Positions 44,229 to 52,443 of a DNA stretch of 64,000 nt are shown here, in pieces; positions within the stretch are counted from its first letter, which is position 1, and each line of letters starts with the position of its first letter. The translations under genes were made by a program, and so were the position numbers. The stretch spans positions 121 to 64,120 of the forward strand of contig CACYKR010000012.1 in the NCBI GenBank assembly GCA_902774995.1. The letters run 5' to 3'. This DNA comes from an uncultured Bacteroidales bacterium. GTDB taxonomy: Bacteria; Bacteroidota; Bacteroidia; Bacteroidales; Paludibacteraceae. The notes beneath the pieces were generated by a model, which saw only the letters and a program-made list of their open reading frames with translations, was not told the origin of the DNA and ran no database searches.

Positions 44229-46675
44229 AGATAGATTGGAAGAAAATCGCCCCTTATTTGGTGGCTATCGTGGTATTTATAGGATTTGCAGTGTTGTACT
44301 GCAGTCCGCTATTGGATGGCAAAGTGCTGCATGCCGGGGATACATTGAATTGGCAAGGAGCAGCACATCAAACGCAAGAGTACCGCGCACAGACAGGAGA
44401 GTCGTGCTGGTGGACTGGGGCTATGTTTGGAGGTATGCCTAATTACCAGATTGATGCACATATACCCTCGCATAAAGTATCTCATGGTTGGATAAGTAAT
44501 ATTCTCCATCTTGGATTAGGCGAAACGATGGGCATACTTGTCGGATATTTTATAGGCTTTTATATTCTATTGCTGTGCTTTGGTATAGGTCCATGGCTTA
44601 GCATTGCCGGTGCTTTAGCAATGGGAATGAGTTCGTATTTATTCATCATTATACCGGCAGGCCATGTAACGAAAGCAATTGCATTAGGTTTCTTACCCGC
44701 CATGATAGGCGGCGTACACCTTATTTTCCAAAAACGCTATTGGTTAGGAATCCCTATCCTGCTTCTCTTTGGAACCACCAGTATTGTCCGCCATCCACAA
44801 ATGACCTACTATATAGCCATGCTCATTGGCGTTATGGTTATTGCGGAATTGGCAGTACTATCTATGAAAAAAGACTGGAAGACAATAGGTCTCAGTTTGG
44901 CGATATGCATCGGATGTCTTGTCTTGATTATTGGCACAAAGGCATGCTATTTAGCCCTTAACAGTGAATACCTCAAGGAAACCATGCGCGGCGGGCATAG
45001 TGAACTGACAAAACAATCGCAAGACAAGCCGGCGGAAGGATTGGATATCAAATATGCTACCGATTGGAGTTATGGAAAAGGCGAGACGATGACACTTCTT
45101 ATCCCCAACTGGGAAGGCGGCGCGAGCGGATACAACGTGGGCAAGGACTCCGAGTTATGCAAAGCCATGCGCAGCAAGGGTGTACCCAAACGCGAAGCGG
45201 AGCAATTCTGCAAAAGTGCTCCAACCTACCACGGAGAGAAGATGTTTACCAGCGGAGCGGTATATGTCGGAGCGATCGTATGTTTCCTATTCCTTTTAGG
45301 ATTGCTAATTGTTCCGGGACCATACAAATGGGCATTGCTATTTGCTTCACTCATGTCTATTTTCTTGGCATGGGGAAGGAATATGATGTGGTTGACAGAG
45401 TTGTTCTTCAATTATTTCCCGATGTACAATAAGTTCCGCGCAGTGGAGTCTATTCTTGTGGTAGCAGAAATCACGATGCCTTTGCTCGGATTCTTAGGAC
45501 TACAGCAGATCATAGAGGGTAAAGTAGCATGGAAGAAACTACGTACAGACTTGTTTATCGCAGGTGGTATTACGGCAGGTATTTGTCTTTTTGCAGCCCT
45601 CTTTGCCGGCAGTTTCGATATGACCAGCAGTTACGATGCGCAATGGAAGGGCCAAGTGCCGCAGTGGCTGTATGACGCGATCCTTGATCAACGCGCCGCT
45701 ATGGCGAAAGCCGATGCATGGAGAAGTCTGCTGTTTGTTATCCTCGGCTTCGCGCTCACTTTCTGGTATGCATGGCAGAAACAGAAAGCAGACAAAACCG
45801 CCTATGCGTATGTGTTATACGCAGGTATGGCAGTGCTGGTACTGGCAGACATGATTCCTGTGAACAAACGGTTCTTCAATGACGACAACTTCGTGAAGCA
45901 AAAAGATAACGAAGCATACTTCAAGATACAGCCTTGGGAAGAACAGATTTTGCAGGACGAAAGTTTGGACTACCGCGTGCTGAACCTGAATACCAATACT
46001 TTCAACGACTCGCGTACGAGTTACCGTCTCAAATCTATCGGCGGTTATCATGCAGCCAAACTGCGCCGGTATCAGGATCTGATAGACGAACATATCAGCA
46101 AAATGAGCTGGAGCGTGCTTAACATGTTGAATACAAAATATATCATCACGCAAAGAGGTGTTTATCCCAATCCCGATGCAATGGGCAATGCATGGTTTGT
46201 AGAAAATGTGCAGTTCGTACCGACGCCGGACGACGAGAGCGCCGCACTGAATACCTTGGATCTCCATAGAACGGCCGTAGCAGATGAGAAATTCCGCGAG
46301 GTGCTCAGTTGCGAGGCCGTGCCAAACACATCAGACGAGATCATTATGACCCGCTACACTCCCAATACGCTGGAATACCATACCGCAACGGCAAACGACC
46401 GCGTAGCGGTATTCTCGGAGATCTATTATCCGTACGGGTGGCATCTCTATGTGGACGGGAAAGAGGTTGCTCTCGGTCGCGTCAACTATGTTCTGCGCGC
46501 GGCAATTATTCCTGCCGGAGAACACCAGCTGACCATGACCTTCTCTCCTGACGCTCTGGCATGGGACAAATTAGGACTCACACTCGTGATCCTGTCTATT
46601 CTCATCTCTATAGGGTGTCTCGGATTCAGCTTACAACGTTATTTCGCTTCGCGTAAAAACGCAGTAGCGGAATAG
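44225..46675 (+). CDS. YfhO-family membrane protein (GT-C-type extracytoplasmic glycosyltransferase family)
   Basis: 816 aa. It has a polytopic N-terminal two-thirds and a C-terminal extracytoplasmic domain followed by a final TM helix. The N-terminus is [35 protein letters not shown]. The ATG overlaps the upstream stop (ATGA). Confidence 0.7.
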   Translation: MKIDWKKIAPYLVAIVVFIGFAVLYCSPLLDGKVLHAGDTLNWQGAAHQTQEYRAQTGESCWWTGAMFGGMPNYQIDAHIPSHKVSHGWISNILHLGLGETMGILVGYFIGFYILLLCFGIGPWLSIAGALAMGMSSYLFIIIPAGHVTKAIALGFLPAMIGGVHLIFQKRYWLGIPILLLFGTTSIVRHPQMTYYIAMLIGVMVIAELAVLSMKKDWKTIGLSLAICIGCLVLIIGTKACYLALNSEYLKETMRGGHSELTKQSQDKPAEGLDIKYATDWSYGKGETMTLLIPNWEGGASGYNVGKDSELCKAMRSKGVPKREAEQFCKSAPTYHGEKMFTSGAVYVGAIVCFLFLLGLLIVPGPYKWALLFASLMSIFLAWGRNMMWLTELFFNYFPMYNKFRAVESILVVAEITMPLLGFLGLQQIIEGKVAWKKLRTDLFIAGGITAGICLFAALFAGSFDMTSSYDAQWKGQVPQWLYDAILDQRAAMAKADAWRSLLFVILGFALTFWYAWQKQKADKTAYAYVLYAGMAVLVLADMIPVNKRFFNDDNFVKQKDNEAYFKIQPWEEQILQDESLDYRVLNLNTNTFNDSRTSYRLKSIGGYHAAKLRRYQDLIDEHISKMSWSVLNMLNTKYIITQRGVYPNPDAMGNAWFVENVQFVPTPDDESAALNTLDLHRTAVADEKFREVLSCEAVPNTSDEIIMTRYTPNTLEYHTATANDRVAVFSEIYYPYGWHLYVDGKEVALGRVNYVLRAAIIPAGEHQLTMTFSPDALAWDKLGLTLVILSILISIGCLGFSLQRYFASRKNAVAE

Positions 46676-47639
46676 CCAACGAAGGACAATAATGACAGAT
46701 GAACAGCAGGGCTCGAATAGCTTTGCTGTTTTTCACATATCTGTTCTGCCTGTAGTCCGGTACTTCCGTCAACAGCGCCTGGTAAATTTCAGCAAACACT
46801 TCTCTCTTGGGTTCCAGCGCGTTAATCGTATAGTTGACCAAAGAGGAAAGATAACCTTTTTTGATATACAAGAAATCTATCTCCGGTTGCAGTTCCTCAT
46901 ACACGCCTTGCGCCTTGGCATAAGCCATCAGTTTGGAGAATACCGCCAAGCGTTTCTTGTATTTGACACTGTCTTTCGTTGTAGTAACCGAACCGGGGCG
47001 AATAAGATAGTGGTAGAACGGAGCGTCCACGCGCGCAACAGAAGAAGCGGTCATCAATGCACATGCCAAGAAGAAGCTATCGTCCGCGCTCCGGTCTTCG
47101 GGATAGCGGATAGAATGTTTCTCTACAAACTCGCGTTTATAGATAAATGTCCAGAAATAACTTACGTAATGCGTGAGAAAGAAAGCACGTTTCTCATACG
47201 AAAAGGCACCTTCCTCTATTTCCGGATTAGTCAAGATTTGTGAAGGAGTCCCGTCTAAGTAGTCTTTCGAAGCCTGGCATATACATAAGTCTGCATTCCC
47301 TTTCTCTTTAGACCGATCATATAAACGCTCAAACATATCCGGTTCCACCCAGTCGTCCGAGTCCACGAAAGCGATGTACTCACCTTTTGCCTCCGGAATT
47401 GCAAAATTACGTGCCATTCCTGCTCCTAAATTATGCTCTGGCGTAAGGATGCGGAATTGCTTCTCACGCGGATGCCCGGCTATTGTTTGTTTCAAGAGTT
47501 CGATACTATTATCGGGTCCGTGATCATCCACAAAAAGGAACTCCATCTCCTGCAAAGTTTGGTTCAGCAAACTCTGCGTACATTTAACGATGTACTCTGC
47601 TACACCGTAAACCGGTAAAATAACTGATACTTTAATCAT
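46626..47639 (-). CDS. Glycosyltransferase family 2
   Basis: The start was set at the ATG at 47639 (MIKVSVILPVYGVAEYIVKCTQSLLNQT...FVDDHGPDNS; DSDD motif). It overlaps the upstream GT4 stop (ATGA). The 3' end overlaps the yfhO-like 3' end by 50 nt. Confidence 0.85.
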   Translation of the reverse strand: MIKVSVILPVYGVAEYIVKCTQSLLNQTLQEMEFLFVDDHGPDNSIELLKQTIAGHPREKQFRILTPEHNLGAGMARNFAIPEAKGEYIAFVDSDDWVEPDMFERLYDRSKEKGNADLCICQASKDYLDGTPSQILTNPEIEEGAFSYEKRAFFLTHYVSYFWTFIYKREFVEKHSIRYPEDRSADDSFFLACALMTASSVARVDAPFYHYLIRPGSVTTTKDSVKYKKRLAVFSKLMAYAKAQGVYEELQPEIDFLYIKKGYLSSLVNYTINALEPKREVFAEIYQALLTEVPDYRQNRYVKNSKAIRALLFICHYCPSLAIPLLRFYAKRNNVVS

Positions 47640-48817
47640 AGTGATTCCAAAAGTGTTTTCCATTGAGCGGCAACATTTTCACGCGAGAAACGTTGCACAT
47701 CTTTTATTGCGTTCTGCGCGAGCGTGTTGCGCAGCTGGTCATTATTCATCAACTCCTTTAATTGCGCGGCATATGCATCTATATCGCCTTCCGGAATGAT
47801 GTAACCATTTCTGCCGGACTGGATAATATCATGCACAGCGCTGTAGCTATCAAAGGCGATAGGTACACATCCGCAAGGCATCGCTTCCATAAGCGTCATG
47901 GGCCATCCTTCGAAAGCAGATGTCATAATAAAGATAGATGCCTCTTGATAATATCGCAAAGGATCTTGCTGCCCCATAAAAGACAAATCTTTCAGTTCCC
48001 ATTTCTCCGCCAATTGCTTGTAATAGTGCAAATCTTCCCCATCCCCTATTATTTTCAATTGCCAGTTCTCATGCTGAATCTTTTTCCAAACTCGCAGTGC
48101 TATTTTGACTCGTTTTTGCCTTTCATCCATTCTTGCCACTAATAAAATTGTCTTTTTCTTCTTTTCTTTCCATTCTTCATCAATATCGTAAGACAAAATA
48201 TTAGGGATAGCATCATAATGGTCTAAACTACCATTTACAAATTGGTCGTATTGGGCAATAAAGCCCTTTGATAGCATTACCATTTTATCTGCTGTTTCAT
48301 ATGCCAGCCTATATTTAGGGGCTATAGACCTTTTTACAAAAGACGGTAAGACTTCATTTGCCGTTTGTAAAATCAGTTGCCGCAAGGAGTTTGTTTTGTT
48401 TTTGCCGTATATGAGTCTATGCAATAGTGTTGCAACATCCATTCTCACTAATTCAAAACCGGGCATATTATGAAATACGAATAATAAAGTAGGGCGATGC
48501 CTGGAATTATTACATGCATCCTTCAGCATCGGCATTATAGCATTCACCCTTCCATCTGCACCTTGCGCTATAATGATCTGAATTTCATGTGCTTCTATTA
48601 TTTGGGAAATAGTTTCTACAGGGGTCTCTGTAGGCAGCAGATATTTATTGAGAAAAACATCATTTGTTGTTTTGTTCAAATGATTCTCTTGCGTGAATAG
48701 AGAATAGCATTTCCAATGATACAATTGGGTAAAAGCGCCTGCTAATACATATGTAATACGCTCTATTCCCCCGATTAAGGGATAGACGTTTTTATTTGTC
48801 ACAAAGAGAATATTCAT
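47636..48817 (-). CDS. Glycosyltransferase family 4 (GT-B, retaining type)
   Basis: 393 aa. The C-terminal EX7E-type region is TSAFEGWPMTLMEAMPCGCVPIAFD. Confidence 0.8.
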   Translation of the reverse strand: MNILFVTNKNVYPLIGGIERITYVLAGAFTQLYHWKCYSLFTQENHLNKTTNDVFLNKYLLPTETPVETISQIIEAHEIQIIIAQGADGRVNAIMPMLKDACNNSRHRPTLLFVFHNMPGFELVRMDVATLLHRLIYGKNKTNSLRQLILQTANEVLPSFVKRSIAPKYRLAYETADKMVMLSKGFIAQYDQFVNGSLDHYDAIPNILSYDIDEEWKEKKKKTILLVARMDERQKRVKIALRVWKKIQHENWQLKIIGDGEDLHYYKQLAEKWELKDLSFMGQQDPLRYYQEASIFIMTSAFEGWPMTLMEAMPCGCVPIAFDSYSAVHDIIQSGRNGYIIPEGDIDAYAAQLKELMNNDQLRNTLAQNAIKDVQRFSRENVAAQWKTLLESL

Positions 48818-49620
48818 TGTTCGTCTAAAAAGGTTATTTTAGCCAAGTGTGTTACCCTTTTATCCTCAGGCGGTATTTGCATGTAGTCGCCGTAATTCGT
48901 TGTTAGGAATTTATCCGGATTGGCAGGGCTTGCAAATGCTTCTCCCTCGAATACAATCGTTCTCAATGGAAAGATATCCTCTTCTTTAAAATGTTTAGGA
49001 GTCTTCCAACCATACGTATTACCCCATTTATGTGTATGAAAGAATTTTACCCACAAACGACAAATGAATATTGCAGACACTGCAAACGGGTAGCAAATAT
49101 AGCCTAATAGTTTCTCTATAAAGCGATCACTATAGTTATGAATACCGCGAATACTACGGATATATACAAAATCTATTGAGTCTTTTATTTTTTGTGCTAC
49201 CACCTCTTCTATTGGAATTAAATCTATATATATACCACGATCTTTTATCCGTTTGCTATAAGGATCGTCAAAGATAGATTTCTTATCCCGTACTTTACTA
49301 ATAATCATTGGATAATTATAATCTGTTGTGATATCCTGATAACACATATTTTCCGGCAACTCTGATTGCAGAATCTCTCTTATTTTAGGTATATCATTCC
49401 ACAAAACAGCTATATCTAAATCATCGTCCCATGGAATAAATCCACCATGACGAACTGCTCCCAACAAGGTTCCGCCATGTAAAAAATAGGGGATTTTGTG
49501 CTTATCTAAGATGGCTGCCACACACGATAGAATGTTTACCATCCTATGCTGAGTTTTACGTAATGTAGATCCTTCTGGATTATATTTGCTAAAATCTTCC
49601 ATACATTCTTCTTTTAACAT
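48814..49620 (-). CDS. LicD-family phosphotransferase (phosphocholine or ribitol-phosphate transferase family)
   Basis: 268 aa. The motif is PYFLHGGTLLGAVRHGGFIPWDDDLDIAV. An alternative start lies at 49602. Confidence 0.8.
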   Translation of the reverse strand: MLKEECMEDFSKYNPEGSTLRKTQHRMVNILSCVAAILDKHKIPYFLHGGTLLGAVRHGGFIPWDDDLDIAVLWNDIPKIREILQSELPENMCYQDITTDYNYPMIISKVRDKKSIFDDPYSKRIKDRGIYIDLIPIEEVVAQKIKDSIDFVYIRSIRGIHNYSDRFIEKLLGYICYPFAVSAIFICRLWVKFFHTHKWGNTYGWKTPKHFKEEDIFPLRTIVFEGEAFASPANPDKFLTTNYGDYMQIPPEDKRVTHLAKITFLDEQ

Positions 49621-50977
49621 CTATTACTTCTCCTGTACAATCTGCTACTAAGGTATTCAAAGATGCGATTGCTACTTCCTCCGATTTCAATAATGTATCT
49701 TCCGGCTCGTTCCCGAAATTAGAGACACGCATCGGGGTTTTGGTTCGTTCGGGATTAATGCAGTTGACTCGAATCTGATCATTAGACCACTCTTCCGCCA
49801 ATGCTTGCACTAAATTGACAACCGCTGCCTTGGTAGCTGAATAGATGCTGTACATCATTCTTCCGCGTGTATAACTACTGCTGGTATAAGCCAATAATGA
49901 ACCCTTTGTTTTCTGCAAATAGGGATAGGATGCTTTAGCTACGTTGATGATACCCAATATATTGACATTCACAGATTGTTGGATACGCTCGTATTCCATG
50001 GTTGCCAATGCTTCCTTAACCAATATACCAGCTGTATCGACTACAAAATGTATTGAGCCTTCCGTATCATACACTTGTTTCAACGCCTCGCTCACTTGCT
50101 CATAATCGCTTACATCCACATGATTTAACGAGCGGCTAAAACTATAAACCTTTGCTCCGCACTCTTGTGCCAAGCGGGCTACATCGGCGCCGATACCATA
50201 ACTGCCGCCAAAGACAATAAGCACTTTCCCTTTTAATTGCTCTTTTGCCTTTTCCGTCAATGCCTCTTGGCTTCCCTCCTGACTTTTCAGCTGGAAAAGT
50301 TTATCCACCAAGAACAAGTCTTCCTTATAGGTAATTTTCATATTGAAGACTTCGCCTTTCACTACATATACCGGCGTCTCGGGCAGGTATTTACGTACTA
50401 CGCCGCAGTCGTCCGTGGTTACAAAATTCGGATCTTGCATGGCTATTTCGTACGCCCTGTTTATAACGCCTCGTTTGAAACACTGCGGTGTCTGACCGCT
50501 TCGGAGCAGGGAACGGGTGGGAATGGCGTTGATACAATCCGTGTCATCCACCTGAATGATAGTGTCGGCTACAGGAATTGCCACATCTACGGCGTCGTAT
50601 TCTTTTAACGCCTCTATACAATCATTGATTATACGGTCGTTCACAAGCGGACGGACTGCGTCATGGAAAATCAGATTATCCGTATCCTCCGTATAGGCAT
50701 TGATGGCAGAGAGACTGGAATGGTAGCGCTCCTTACCGCCCACCAAGATCTTGCGGACTTTCCTATAATGATTATTGACTACCAGTTGCTCTACATCGGC
50801 AATATACTCCGGTTGGGTTACTACTGCGATCTCGTCTATCAAATCATTATGTTCAAACACATCTATCGTGTGCTCGATCACTTTCTTTCCTGCTACTTTG
50901 AGGAACTGCTTGGGCAGGTCACGACCAAACCGTGAACCACTACCACCTGCTAATATAACCGCTATATTCATATTCAT
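49589..50977 (-). CDS. Bifunctional IspD-like cytidylyltransferase / short-chain dehydrogenase (Bcs1/TarI-TarJ-like CDP-ribitol synthase)
   Basis: 462 aa. The N-terminal half (IAVILAGGSGSRFGRDLPKQFLKV) is a cytidylyltransferase. The C-terminal half has SDR motifs FGGSYGIG and YSATKAAV. The fusion architecture matches H. influenzae Bcs1. Confidence 0.75.
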   Translation of the reverse strand: MNMNIAVILAGGSGSRFGRDLPKQFLKVAGKKVIEHTIDVFEHNDLIDEIAVVTQPEYIADVEQLVVNNHYRKVRKILVGGKERYHSSLSAINAYTEDTDNLIFHDAVRPLVNDRIINDCIEALKEYDAVDVAIPVADTIIQVDDTDCINAIPTRSLLRSGQTPQCFKRGVINRAYEIAMQDPNFVTTDDCGVVRKYLPETPVYVVKGEVFNMKITYKEDLFLVDKLFQLKSQEGSQEALTEKAKEQLKGKVLIVFGGSYGIGADVARLAQECGAKVYSFSRSLNHVDVSDYEQVSEALKQVYDTEGSIHFVVDTAGILVKEALATMEYERIQQSVNVNILGIINVAKASYPYLQKTKGSLLAYTSSSYTRGRMMYSIYSATKAAVVNLVQALAEEWSNDQIRVNCINPERTKTPMRVSNFGNEPEDTLLKSEEVAIASLNTLVADCTGEVIDVKRRMYGRF

Positions 50978-51085
50978 CTATATCTATTAGCGTTACCGCT
51001 TCGTTCATTTTGCGGGATACTATCCCGTTTTTCTTTGTCAGGTGCTACGAGCGTCAGCTCGGAGATTCCCATATTATTTTTGCTA

Positions 51086-51204
51086 TGTCAGTTTTGCCAG
51101 TTTCATTTTTTCTGTGTCCATTTAGTCATCTTTCTTTTATCGCTTCGTTTATTCTGCCGGATACAATCCTGTGGCACAAACTGACAAAACTGACAAAACT
51201 GACA
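51086..51204. repeat. 18-bp inverted repeat (17/18 match) with a roughly 74-nt spacer; the right arm lies within a 9-nt tandem repeat (ctgacaaaa x3)
   Basis: tgtcagttttgccagttt (51086..51103) compared with the reverse complement of aaactgacaaaactgaca (51178..51195, also 51187..51204). Confidence 0.8.
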
Positions 51205-51248
51205 TTCCTTTTTTACTTTTTTCGAACGCTCTGTTCAAAAACAAAACG

Positions 51249-51310
51249 TTAGTGATTTTTAGTGATTCCTAGTGATATTTAGTCATTCTCGAACCTGTAT
51301 CGAACCTGTC
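51249..51310. repeat. Two adjacent tandem arrays: a 10-bp unit ttagtgattt x4 (degenerate) and an 11-bp unit tcgaacctgt(a/c) x2
   Basis: Direct reading of 51249..51288 and 51289..51310. Confidence 0.85.
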
Positions 51311-51351
51311 AGCAACCAAAAACCTATTCATCTGCCATCCATCCACTTGCA

Positions 51352-52404
51352 TCAGTGATAAAACCTCGTGCCAGGGAGGCAGGAGAAGGAATCAATGACG
51401 CCGACGACGTGAGGGGAAGTTGACAGTTGACATTTGGCATTGGTGAATTCATCCACTACAATCAAGGTGTGAATCGAATGATGGTTCATCGTTTCGCCCG
51501 CCTCGACAATCTTGGCATCCTTGTTGATGGTTTTAGGGTTGCGGGACATAATCTCGCTTACCTTTGCAGAGAAGAAAGTCGAGCCGAGGTGCTGCATGGC
51601 GCGACGGATATCTCCATCGGTGATGATACCTACAAGCCGTGCGTTTGAGGGGCAAAGCCCGTTTGAGGTTGTTTGAGGGTCTGGCGTTGTTTGTTCCACC
51701 ACGATTCCGATACCTAAAGTGCCTTTGGTAACAATCCCGATAGCTTCTGACATCGGCATGTCCGGTGTCAGGAAGGGGAGATTATCTTTGACCATTACGT
51801 CCTCCACTTTGGCGAGCAACTTACGTCCCAAATCTCCTCCGGGATGGAGCATGGCGAAATCCGTAGGCTGGAAATGTGCCGCCTCGATAAGCGCACAAGC
51901 AAGTGCGTCACCAAGAGCGAGGGTGACGGTAGTGGAAGAGGTAGGGACAAGGTTGAGCGGATCCGCCTCGCGCTCCACGGCGATAGACAGATGCACATCC
52001 GCGTATTTCGCCAAGAGCGAGTTAGGATTGCCGGAGAGCCCGATGATAGGTATATGCTTATCCTGAATCAGCGGCAGGAAACGAAGCAGTTCCTCCGTTG
52101 CGCCGGAATAGGAGATAGCGAGAAGCACGTCTCCTGTTGCCAGCATACCCAAATCGCCATGGTAGGCATCCAGCGGGTTAAGGAAGAAAGCCGGCGTGCC
52201 CGTCGAAGCCAGTGTAGCAGCAATCTTCGAACCTATATGTCCGGATTTGCCGACACCCGTGACTACCACTTTGCCTTTGCACTCTTTGAGGAGCTGTACC
52301 GCGCGGAGGAAGTTATCGTCGATACGTTCTTCCAATGCCAAGATTGCATTTGCTTCCATGTGAAGGCAATCTATCGCGCGTTGTTTGATATCTATTTCTG
52401 ACAT
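51352..52404 (-). CDS. kpsF: KpsF/GutQ/KdsD-family arabinose-5-phosphate isomerase (SIS plus 2 CBS domains) with two extra in-frame segments
   Basis: 350 aa. The SIS motif is VVVTGVGKSGHIGSKIAATLASTGTPAFFLNP. The CBS region carries atypical inserts, EQTTPDPQTTSNGLCPSNA and FTNAKCQLSTSPH, both encoded by short tandem repeats. Confidence 0.8.
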   Translation of the reverse strand: MSEIDIKQRAIDCLHMEANAILALEERIDDNFLRAVQLLKECKGKVVVTGVGKSGHIGSKIAATLASTGTPAFFLNPLDAYHGDLGMLATGDVLLAISYSGATEELLRFLPLIQDKHIPIIGLSGNPNSLLAKYADVHLSIAVEREADPLNLVPTSSTTVTLALGDALACALIEAAHFQPTDFAMLHPGGDLGRKLLAKVEDVMVKDNLPFLTPDMPMSEAIGIVTKGTLGIGIVVEQTTPDPQTTSNGLCPSNARLVGIITDGDIRRAMQHLGSTFFSAKVSEIMSRNPKTINKDAKIVEAGETMNHHSIHTLIVVDEFTNAKCQLSTSPHVVGVIDSFSCLPGTRFYH

Positions 52405-52443
52405 GTGTTATTGGGTTTGATCCGCCCGACTCGGCGGATGCGA

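Noticed and set aside
51181-51310. Tandem arrays in the kpsF/Bcs1-like spacer as a CRISPR array
   Set aside because: The units are 9 to 11 bp and directly abutting, with no spacers. No cas genes are in the window.
52420-52439. Hairpin ATCCGCC-cgactc-GGCGGAT between GT4 and kpsF as a terminator
   Set aside because: No U-tract follows on the minus strand. It sits 15 nt upstream of the kpsF start inside a tightly packed operon, so it is more likely incidental or a minor mRNA structure.
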